From NCBI GenBank assembly GCA_963575745.1, contig CAUYUJ010000059.1:186001-250000 (forward strand): DNA of 64,000 nt. Direction: 5' to 3'. How positions within the stretch are numbered: position 1 is the first letter of the stretch; the number at the start of each line of letters is the position of its first letter. This document shows, piece by piece, positions 53,382 through 64,000 of the stretch. A model generated the notes under the pieces. That model was not told the DNA's origin. It made no database searches and saw only the letters and a list, made by a program, of their open reading frames with translations. The DNA is from Prorocentrum cordatum (taxonomy: Eukaryota). Made by a program: the position numbers and the translations under genes.

Positions 53382-56300
53382 CTAGCCTCCAGAGGATGCA
53401 GCTGCATGGTGCCCCTCCCTGAGCAAATCTGCAAGCTCGTCAAGGAACTCCTGCTCTTCCCTTCCGAGCCCTGGCCTGTTCGACCAATCCTGGGCAACCA
53501 AAAAGTTAGCTCGCTTCAAGCGCTCAGGCAGAGAGGGAACGCAATGCAGGTGGACTCGCCTGACGCTCCACATCGTATCTGCACTCGCAGTATCTGTCAT
53601 GCGGTGCTCCACGCGCCACATGCCCTTGGGAATCCCTTCTCCGCAGACCCCGCACACGGCTCGATTGGTGGGGGCTTTGCCGCATCCAATCAAGCCTGCT
53701 TCGCCGTGCGGTCTAGGGGCCTCGGGCCCCGCAGGGGGGGCAGGGGGCGGCGGCAGCGGAGGCGGAGGAGGGGCGCCTGGCTCATCATCGGGCTCAGGCT
53801 CAGACGACGACCCCTCGGTGGCCTCAGCCGCTGACATCTCAGGACGGATTGATTCGCCTCCAAGGTCGGATGCATCGGACTCGACATCCACTCCAACTTC
53901 AGCGGCGGGCGCACCCCCGTGCCCAAGACCACCCGCAAGACAAGTAACAGGACCATGTGGCAGGGTAGGACTTGTTGTTTCCAGGCTCATTCCAAATGGC
54001 ATCCACTGCTTGGGCTCGTCAACTTTTTTGGTCCCAACCTTGCGGGTTTTGACAAGATCCAAATCTACGCTGAAGAACTCCTCAAGTCGATATGCAAACT
54101 CGATGTCATTTTCACGGGGGGCTTTGAGCAATTTGCTGGCCGTGAGCTTCGCAAGGACAACTGGGCGGCCATCATTGTTTACACGAGCTTCCAAAAGGAA
54201 TTCCCTCAGCAAGCGATGGAATGGTAATGTTACGAGCTTCCCCTGGCAATGTCGTTCAAGCCCCCAGTTACCACTTGGGAACGTCTTGACCCTGGAGACG
54301 GCGAAAAACTCCCCTGCACCAAACTTGAAAGTGAGGGCCACATTTACTTCGACACCAGCAGCCTCCAACTGCAAATGCAACGGTAATGCTACGTGCTTTA
54401 CACCCCTGCTGGCCAAGTGGGCGTGCAAGTTCTTGGCCCCTGAGCGGCACGACGACGGCCATCTTGCTGCCGAGCCCCCTCCCCCCGTGCCTAAACACGT
54501 TCGCTCCCCCCTTTTGTTTTGGGACTCAGCATAAGACGCGCCATTTTATTGTTGCGTTCAGTTATCACCCTATTGGACACGTGCGAAGAGCAGCGCAAGG
54601 TGTGAGAGTAGGTGGCACCCTCGTCGTGTATTTCCGTCAGTCCGCCCTCCCCCTACCATGCCTGCTTGATGATTCCTAAACCTTACGGTTGGACCCACCA
54701 TGCCTATCTTCATACTACAGTAGCCCGAGACATGGCGCGAGGCCTTCTCAAGGAAACCCAACCCCAGGGACCACACAGTTAATGTTAGCAGGGGGGAGGG
54801 TGCGAGACAGCAAGATGCCCTGTCGCCGAGGCCCCTTTAGCTGGCGAAGCTCCTGCTCTCACGTAGTCGTAATAATAATCCTGCGGGCACAAGCCAGACA
54901 AGCAACACACCTGCTCCGCAGCAACCGAGACTCCGTTCGGCACTGGTTCAGGATCATAGGAGAATAGGCGGCGGGCTTCACGCGCGATGTCCACATCTGT
55001 GTCACGCACGTTAACCAGCGACGGCTTCAAACCAAGTCCAGGGCAATCCAGACGAGCTCCACTCTCCCAGAACCTTGGAGCCCCACGTGTTACGATGCAC
55101 TTGTTACTTATTATGTTACATGTGCCTTGGTTGCATTCAAGCCCCCCACCACCCACGGGGTGGAGGGGGGATGACGACGCGTTTGCATGGTGGGCCCTTC
55201 AGGCCATCGCGACGTTGCGACTCTGAAAAATGGAGGTGGGAGGAAGTGGGCAGAGGGAGGAGGAAGGGGAGACGAGAGGCAGGAACAGGAGTAAAGGGTC
55301 CGCATGGGACGGACGCCATTGGGCTACGCGGGCGGCTGAACGAGGAGGAGGAGGAGGAGGAGTGCGACGTGGGGAAGAGGGCCAAGGATTTGGTTCTGCG
55401 GCTACGGGGGTGAGCCCCTGACCAACCCCGAGCTTGACACCTCGAACCTCATGCCAATAGGGATACCACCTCCACTTTACTTGCATTTGCACTGTTCCCA
55501 AATCCGCCAAGTTAGCTAGACTAGACTGCGCCTGTGCCTGGATTCCTGGATCCCGCTGGGCCCGCTAGATATTGGTCCCTGGGCCCCCCATCGCAAGCTG
55601 CGACGCCAGTCACTATTGTTGCGTTGGTGCTTTCGCTGGCCCCAGCCCCTTGAACAAGCACACGCAGCCCTGATCCTGAGAGCACGCGGCGCACTGGCTG
55701 GTGACGCACCTGGCTTAAGTGAGGGGGGGTCTATGGGGGTCCACGCACCTGGCCAATGCTGCGTTACGGTTCCGGATGCCGTGGGAGGGGTGCCCTTTCC
55801 AAATTGCGCGAGCCTTCGGAATGACCCCCGAAAAGGCAGACACCGAGCGTTGGCCACCAGGGCTCGTGAAGAGCCGATTTGGGCACGATTTGTAAGCACA
55901 GGAACGCACAAGTTAGAATTCTTCGCGTGAGCGTCTGATGGGGGGGGGGGCGGTGATGGCCTCAGGCGTTGATGACTGACTGACTGACTGAGCTGACTCA
56001 GACTGAAACCCAAGACGTGTACCAGAATGCTCGATTGCCCTGAGGAACCCCTAGGTCCTAAGTCAGAAAACTCCACGGGGCTCACGCAATGGCAAGACTG
56101 ATTGAATTCATATCGGCGCAGCCGTCTTTACACATTTACATCACTGTACACCTGTGATTTTCGATCGAGGAGATGGCGTCCGAAGCTCGGCGTCGTCGGA
56201 CGCGGCGCTGGAACGCCCTCCCCTCGTGAAGGAGCGGGAGAGCGGTCGCCTGCGAGATCTTCTCCCTGGCGATGCTCTCGTCGACAACGTTCTGGTACAC

Positions 56301-59150
56301 TGCGCGCGCAGCTGCATCCATGCCCCGCCAAATGGCGCCGAGCCTCTTCATGTCACGCTTGTGCTCCTCCGTGCCTGGTCGAACGCCAGGCGTCCGATTG
56401 AGGCCAGTGAATGCCATCCACGCCGACGTCGCCCTGACGCGCCTCTCTTTGAAAGGCACGTCCTCCTTCGCGGTGCGCCTCCGCCCTGTTCTGCCAGCAA
56501 GTCGCTTCATTATACTCGTGAGGTGGATCGGCTTGACCCCATGACGTCTGCAGACGTCCTTCCTGATCTCCGCCATCTTGGCGAAAATCTTGTTCCTCAC
56601 GAACTTCCTGTAAGTCCTGACCGAGAGCTCGAACGGCCCGACTGTGCGACCTCTCTTCCGTTTGATCTCCTGGCCGAGCAAATGTTTGCGCTCTTCGTTC
56701 AGCGAGGTGAGGGGCATGGACGCCAAGCTGTTGTATAAAAAACCGTGCGCGATGCGACTCTGATGACCACTGAGCTTGCCAATCCAAGGCAAAGAAAACG
56801 ATGCATCAACACATGACCTGCAAGCTCGGTAGGTATCACCCAGTGTGTTCATTGTGGCCATAATCGCATCCTCGTTGTAATCCACCACGCACGCACGAAG
56901 TATATCGAACTTGGGCTGGGCAAATCTGAACTCAGTCCTGAAGTATGCCGAACCTGCAGACGAAATGAGCTTCACAGATGCATGGAAGAACTGGTCGTCG
57001 GTCCATCCTCCATCCTGCCAGCCGCTGGACGTGCTGTCGAACAACATATCTGCGATGCCACGCTGTAAGGCCAAAGCGTTGGTGCCGTCCAAGAACTTCC
57101 TGACATGGTCGCGAGCCGTCTTCGAGGCCAACTCGAAGCGCTCAGCGTGATCAGAGGGGCTGTAATGCGGGTGCGTTGGCGGCTGAAGCTCTTGCAATCT
57201 CACGAACTGCTGCCTGGCCTGGTCCGCTTTGAACAGGGTGTTCAGGTAGACCTGGAACGGCGAGTTGCAGATGGCGGCAATGTGCAATGACCTGTTCATC
57301 AGGTCTGCGTCTATGAAGGCAGTGAGCTTCTTCGCCCTGATGCTGTTGTTCGCCGAGTGGTTGATGTCCCCTGCCGCCGCAGCAACTGCGGCCTGAGCCT
57401 CCGCAGCATCCAGCGATTCACCATCACACATGGCGTGCAAACACCGAGGCAGAATCTTGAAGAGAAGCATCCCCCTAAGCATCCAACAACTCGTTTGCTC
57501 GAAACCTTTGAACCTATACATCAAACATACGGGGCAGCCAGCTGAGAATAACATATCAAGCGCTCTCTTGACAGTGTTATGGAAGTGCATTCTTCCACCG
57601 CAGGTGCACCCAGGATGATGCCGATGCACGATGAGCTCATCATCTGGATCGGAGTTCAGAACCATGACAACAAACTCAAGGTCAGTGCTGTCTAAATCGC
57701 GAGCAGGCCTGGTCATCGCAATGATTCCTCGTGTTTTCGCCTTCCACCCACGTATCTGATCAGACTCATCAAAGACATCGCGAAACACTGCTGCGTTCGC
57801 AATCTTATCAACCTGGGTCTGGAAACGATCCCGAAATCGAGCCAACTGCCACAGGTGACCAGCTCGCGTCATCGCTGTTATCGGGTCTGACTGGTGCTCA
57901 AAGTTCGGCCTCATCGACAAAACCAGCTGGTGCGCGAAACACTGAATGCCAATCACAGTGAACGAGTGTGGCGTGCCCTGGGACAAGATCGCCGACCGTT
58001 CAACCTGTCCCTGCAGTAAGCCATTGCATACGTGTGCGTCCTTGGAAAAAAACACCAACTTACTTTCAACGGCATCAACGACAGGACCGCACACATCAGC
58101 ACGATCAAAGCAAGAACCTCTGGTAGGGAAAATACTCCACCTCCTCCACCTGTCGTAGATCGTTCCGAAATTCCCCCTCGGGATGGGCACAGCAGGCGTT
58201 ACTATCTCACAGGCCATGGTCGAGAACGAAGCCCTCGAAAACAAAGGAATCATGTGAACTGTCTGCGAAAGGTTCATGACACAACGGCGCTTATTCGCGC
58301 CACGCTTGGACTCGTGCTTGTCTACGCCAGGGTTGGGCATATCATCAGCAGCAGCAGGTCGCTGAACGTCATTGGGCGCAGAACGAAGCCACATCTCAGC
58401 GTCGTCCATTGTCGCAGTGATCAGCATGCCTGCCTCAGCAGGAGGCGCTGAGGCGATGAAGTCGCGCACGCCTGTGGCCTGGGACAGCACGTGCGACACT
58501 GCGGCCCTGGAGCAATCCTTCTTGGACGTCCTCCTCACGTCCACTGCGATGATCAAACCAGCGGCCTCGAGCTCACTGGTCCTCAACACGGCTTCCTGTG
58601 GACCACAGCCAACCCGCAACCACGACATGATGCCAATGCCGCCCAATCAGACTTGCCCTGCGCCCGCACCTGGTCATTCAGTAAATCTCACGCATTTGCA
58701 GAATCTGATCCATGGCCCAGGGCATGTCTGACTGGGCGGCATCGGCCGCAGGACGGTTGGCGGGCTGGCTCCACAGTCCTTGGCGTCAACAGCGGAGCAC
58801 CCGAAACTTGTGCTCGAGACCGCCCGCGCGAAGGAGCTGCCCGTGTTCCTCAGGGCAGCCCGTGCCCGCCAAGCCTGAAATTTGTGCATGGCGGCGCGGA
58901 TCCGAGCTCTGTGGACGAGCTCCTTCGGCCTGCCTGGCGCGCCGCGACCGTGGCCCGCCCCTGGAGCGGCTGCTGCCCTGCCGCGGGCGCGCCCACGGCC
59001 GCGGCCGCCGCGGCCGCGCCCGCGCCCAGCTGGTGCTGGCGCGGGGGCGGCAGGAGCCAGGGCGGCGGCAGCAGCTGCTGGTGGGGCTGCAGCTCTTGCA
59101 GCACCGTCGCCTGCTCCAGCCCCAGGGCCATCCACCAACAACCTCCACAT
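53382..59150 (-). CDS. Putative DDE transposase (hAT-like motif order) with HMG box and C-terminal PARP-type zinc finger, ~1364 aa; exons 59150-58779, 58595-56152, 55073-54853, 54439-53382
   Basis: Exons total 4095 nt and stay in frame through GA-AG, GT-AG and GA-AG introns, all in AG|G context. Motifs: TMDDAEM (~58405), FFSKDAHVCN (~58040), CFAHQL (~57935), YRF, LTSLNEERKH (~56700), SAWMAF...MKRLGAIWRGMDAAARAVY (HMG, ~56430-56295), APTNRAVCGVC-x3-IPKGMWR...HLHC (zf-PARP-like, ~53680-53545). The exon 1 junction is the least certain. Confidence 0.72.
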
Positions 59151-59176
59151 GCCCGAGGTGCCACAAGATGATAGAG

Positions 59177-59192
59177 TTGAGCCCAAAGTGGC
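59177..59192 (-). other. Degenerate DinoSL relic
   Basis: Minus strand GCCACTTTGGGCTCAA versus SL GCCATTTTGGCTCAA (one substitution, one insertion), 26 nt upstream of the ATG at 59150. Confidence 0.55.
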
Positions 59193-59376
59193 GGAGGGTG
59201 GACACATGGGGGATCGGACAGGCTTGCTGGGAAGGCGGTCATGGCATGAGCTTGCACGCAGAGCGACAAGGGACACATCAGAGGACATCCAAGGGACCAA
59301 GGGACATGCCAGGGACATGCCAGGGGACATACTAGCTGACATAACAAGGGACATAACAACCATAATTTGAAGATAC

Positions 59377-59550
59377 GGGTAGGGGTAGGGGGTAAGGGGT
59401 AGAGGTAGGGGTAGGGGGTAGGGGGTAGAGGTAGGGGTAGAGGTAGGGGTAGGGGTAGGGGGTAGGGGGTAGGGGTAGCGGTAGGCTGTAGGGGTAGGTG
59501 TAGGGGTAGGGGTATGGGTAGCGGTAGGGGTAGGGGTAGGGGTAGGGGTT
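59377..59550. repeat. (GGGGTA)n hexamer array, preceded by ~10-bp GGGACAT-type repeats (59268-59355)
   Basis: Direct reading. Confidence 0.92.
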
Positions 59551-60704
59551 GGGGGGCCGTTGGTCGAGAAATACGTGTGGGGGTGGGGGAGGAGAAATCC
59601 TTCATAACCGCGCGGCCCTATGCGAAGTGCGTGTGCGTCCACCTCCCCCCAGCTATGTCGGCGTTGCTTATTGCCCTGAATTGGTCAGATATTGCCCGTC
59701 CCCCACTCATGTCTCCCGATCGCCCCCCACCAATCCTCGCCCTCATCTCCTCTAGTTGCATCGACCCCGCCCCCATGAAAGAAACGTCGGGCTGTCAGAT
59801 GCCAAAACGTGTTCTTATGTTATGTTTGTACGTGCGATGTTTTCTTTAGTAGGCCAGGGGGCGCACGGATTTTTACAACAGGCGCTATCAGACGTCTTTG
59901 TGTTACCTATACTCACGGTTTGAGGTCCACCAGGTAGTCACGCAATATCCACCGTGGCATTTGTTGTTTATCGGCGCATGCACTTGCGAGCTTGAATGAG
60001 CGACATGGTGCGAGTTCGTCGAGTGGTAACAAAGGCGGTGCGAAACTGGCCCTTGTTCGTACCGTTGGGCGGGGCAAACAATGCTGACACATATGCCCCA
60101 CCAACGCAGTCGAACACCGCACATGGATGCACCTCCAAGTACTGATACTACTGTAATGTGGACGGTACCAATACAATCTTCCTCCTCCTCGTCGTCCCCC
60201 TCCTCATCGTCCTCCTCGGGCGCCCTCCTCCTGCGCCGCCTCCTCCGCGCCCCCTCCCTCCCTCGATCTCGCGCTCTCTCCCCCGTGGCCCTCCCCCGTG
60301 AAGCGGGCGGGGAGGCACCGACTGGCTCCTCGCGCCCCCGGCCGGCGTCGCGGCGGAGGCCGAGAGGGCCCTGTGGTCCCGCGGGGCGCGCCCCGCCTCG
60401 CCCCGCCACGGACCAACGACGGCGAGGACGACGAGGGCCACGCCGACGGCGGCGACGAAGAGCACGAGGACCACGAGGGTCACGAGGGCCACGGACCACG
60501 ACCACGACGACGGCGGCGGTTGCGCCACCGGCCGTGGCCACGACCTGAGCTGATGTTCATCGCGGCTTCTCTTGCTCCGAACCACACTTTGGTGCTGGGT
60601 CCTCGCTGTGAAGAGAGACAGCGCCCCGCGCCCTCACCGACCTCCTCCCGCTTCATCCTCCCTCATCCCATCCTTGCTTCTGCCCTCCGCATGCTCACCG
60701 TGTC

Positions 60705-62050
60705 GGCACACCCCTCGAATGCCCCAGCGGCAGCGTCCGCATGGCGCACCCGCACCCAATTCGGTCACGACTCACACATTTCGTGGCCCCACAGGGAGCT
60801 CCACCGAGGGCCCCAGCGGCAGCGTCCGCATGGCGCACCCGCACCCAATTCGGCACACCCCTCACACGATTCGTGGCCCTACAGGAAGGCCCCAGTGGCA
60901 GCGTCCGCAGAGCGTACCCGCATTCAATTCGGCACACCTTTCACACGCCTCGTGGTCCCATAGGAAGCTTCACCGAAGGCCCCAGCGGCAGCGTCCGCAT
61001 GGCGCACCCGCACCCAAGTCGGTATACCCATCACACGCTTCATGGACCCACAGGGCCCTCCACCGCAGGCCACAGCTGCAGCGTCCGCGTGCACAAAATC
61101 CCATACACCCTCACACGCTTCGTGGCCCCATAGGGAGCTCCACCAGTGGCCCCAGCGGCAGCGTCCGCATGGCGTGCCCGCACCCAACTCGGCACACCCC
61201 TCACGCGTTTCGTGGCCTCTCCACGGGGAGCCCCTCCGAAGGCCCCAGCGGCAGCGTCTGCACAGGGTACCCGCACCCAGGGCGGCAAACCCCTCACCCG
61301 CTTCGTGGCCCCATAGGGGGCTTCACCAGCGGCAGCGTCCGCATGACGCACCCGCACCCACTTCGGCACACCCCTCACACGTGTGGCGTCCCCATAGGGA
61401 GTCCCACCGAAGGCCTCAGCGGCAGCGTCCGCATAGCGTACCCGCACTCCAGTCGGCACCACTAGCACACGCCTCATAGCCCCACTGGGAGCCCCACCGC
61501 AGGCCCAAGCGGAAGCGTCCTCATTGCGCACCCGCGCTTGAGTCGGCGCACCTCTCACGCGTTCCGTGGCCCCACAATGAGCTCCACCGAAGGCCCCGGC
61601 ACCGTCCGCAGATCGTACCCGCACCCAAGTGAGCACACCCCTCGCACGCTTCGTTGCCCCAAAGGGAGCTCCACCGCAGGCCCCAGTGGCAGCGGCCGCA
61701 TGGCGCCCCCGCGCCCAATTCGCCACACCCCTCACACGCTTTGTGCCCCCGCAATCAAAAGCACAAAAAACGCCCCTACCCTGGTTTACGAGGCGCTGTG
61801 CGCTGAAACTCCTGTGGGTTGACAGGGTAATCCCTGCGTGATGTGCCGCGTCCTGGCGGCTCTAGGCTTTGGGGGTTCCCAGGAGGTTTACAGACCACGC
61901 ACTTGTAACCCAGGGTAGGGCCGTTTTTCATCCCTCAACGAGCTCCACCGCAGGCCCAAGCGGCAACGCCCGCACGGCGCACCCGCACCCCCTTCGGCAC
62001 ACCCCCTTCACACGCTCCGTGGCCCCATTAGGAAGCTCGACCGAGGCCCC
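60705..62050. repeat. ~89-bp minisatellite array, about a dozen degenerate units, interrupted near 61750-61935
   Basis: Unit gccccagcggcagcgtccgcatggcgcacccgcacccaattcggcacacccctcacacgcttcgtggccccatagggagctccaccgaag; first two units start at 60721 and 60810. Confidence 0.92.
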
Positions 62051-62160
62051 CGCGGCCGAAGTCCCTCACTTGCACGCGAGACTCGCAGCTGCACATGGCT
62101 GGGCCCTTCGACAGGAGAATGTGTTTTCAACTGCCCGGTGTTCGGCCAGCAAAAACTCAG

Positions 62161-62335
62161 CGAGCGAAGAACGGTATAAAATAAATTGTTTCGCTGTCGG
62201 GGGCGCCTGTCCCTGGGCGGCTGGAAAGTTTATACCCCTACGGTGCCACCGTAAGGGTATAAACTTTCCAGCCGCCCTGGGGCAGGTGTCCCCGACGGCG
62301 AAAAAGTTTAAGTATTCTATATTGTTCTTCGCCCG
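62161..62335. repeat. ~175-bp imperfect palindrome centred on 62246
   Basis: ...GGGCGGCTGGAAAGTTTATACCCCTACGGTG-C-CACCGTAAGGGTATAAACTTTCCAGCCGCCC... with arms pairing for about 85 bp. Confidence 0.92.
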
Positions 62336-62804
62336 TTAAAAAAACGGACAAACAACAAGGCAGCCAAAGACAAAACGCCATCGGCAGTACAAAAAGCGAA
62401 GCCGAACCGAAGACAGCGCGACAGTCGGACCCGAACATGGCAAAGAAGCCGCCGATCCTCAAGACGGGGGAAAACGCCCCCCCCAAGGGTTTTGAACATC
62501 ACTCAATGTCACGACCACGACGCCAGCGGCGGTGGCCGCGGCAACGACGGCCGCGCGGCGGCGCTGGGTAGAGACGGCGTGGCGCGGCACGGCTTGTGGC
62601 ATTGCGCGGCGCGGTTGACCAGTATGGCGCGGTACAGGCCTCGGAACAAATTAGCGAACCCATGTCACATTAATCCGTCAACGCCCCCCCTCCCCCCCGA
62701 TGTTCAGAGCTGGCGGTGGGTCTGATGAGCTGCACTTCGACCGCAGTCTCCCGCGCGCGTGCCAACATTGAGTTTGGGGGGGAGGCGCTCTACCGTGTTG
62801 AGGA

Positions 62805-63330
<526 letters not shown>

Positions 63331-64000
63331 TTTTCGCGGGGAGGCGCGAGTGTTCAGTAATTGCTGCCCTCTACCGTGTTGCGCATTTGCGGCACTGCGT
63401 TGCGCGGCGTGGTGCGGTGGCGCGTCTCGTTGCGGGTCGAACGCGGGCGCTCGCCTCGAGCGGGCAGCGCTGTCCGGACGCGTCGGCCGTCCGCGCCCCA
63501 TGGGCGCGCCGGCCCTCCAGGCCGCCAGGAGCAGGCGGAGGAGGTGCGAGGAATGAGAGGAGGATGTCGGACTGCCAAGCTGTCGAACCCGATGGCCTGC
63601 CAGCAGAGTGGAGGAGGAGGAGGAGGAGGAGGAGGAGGAGAATGGAGAATGGAGAATGGAGAATGGAGGAGGAGGAGGAGGAGGAGGAGGAGGAGAGAGG
63701 AGAGGAGAAGGAGGAGGAGAGGAGGGAGGAGGAGGAGGGAGGAGGAGGAGGAGAATGGAGAATGGAGAATGGAGAATGGAGGAGGAGGAGGAGGAGGAGG
63801 AGGAAGAAGAAGAAGAAGATGAGGAGCGGGAGAAGTAGGAGGAGGAGAAGGAGGATGAGGAGGAGGAGATGGAGGAGGAGGAGGAGGAGGAGGAGGTGGA
63901 GGAGATGGAGGAGGAGGAGGAGGATGGAGGAGATGGAGGAGGATGAGGTGGAGGAGATGGAGGAGGAATCAGAGGGTGGACCAGGGAGGCGCCACGAGGA

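Larger units (their letters stand above)
47193..59192 (-). mobile_element. Candidate large multi-gene DNA transposon (three co-oriented SL-headed genes; termini not established)
   Basis: Dense long exons unlike the host genes, a putative DDE transposase, and SL relics upstream of each ATG. Confidence 0.65.

Noticed and set aside
47193..59192. Endogenous virus / Polinton interpretation of the cassette
   Set aside because: I recognise no capsid, packaging ATPase, protease, polymerase B or helicase motifs; the spliceosomal introns and DDE-like motifs favour a DNA transposon. Not fully excluded without a profile search.
59377..59550. Telomere
   Set aside because: Short, internal, and the unit GGGGTA differs from TTTAGGG.
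60705..62050. CRISPR-like array
   Set aside because: Whole ~89-bp units are repeated with no unique spacers, there are no cas genes, and the context is eukaryotic.

Overview
Eukaryotic, GC-rich, microsatellite-laden genomic DNA with one 100-N gap. It is almost certainly from a dinoflagellate: there is a perfect 22-nt DinoSL spliced-leader sequence at 4723-4744 and GC/GA/GT-AG introns in AG|G context. A Prorocentrum-like origin is my inference. Most long ORFs in the supplied track are microsatellite artefacts. Main real content: (1) a + strand host gene built from tiny exons (4300-4354, 25828-25910, 27151-27241, 30814-~30861) that join in frame. (2) Its 21.5-kb intron contains an SL-headed degenerate LINE and a complete same-strand SET-domain methyltransferase gene whose introns are bounded by MITE-like inverted repeats. 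(3) A second degraded LINE, several 8-bp-TSD MITE/foldback families, satellites and palindromes. (4) The best candidate for an undescribed system: a compact ~12-kb minus-strand cassette (47193-59192) of three co-oriented genes, each preceded by a genomic DinoSL or DinoSL relic. They encode a spliced ~1364-aa putative DDE transposase (hAT-like motifs, HMG box, PARP-type zinc finger), a 98-aa basic/coiled-coil protein, and a spliced ~1240-aa Cys4 zinc-finger/helical protein. All splice models and domain calls were made by eye; no searches were run.
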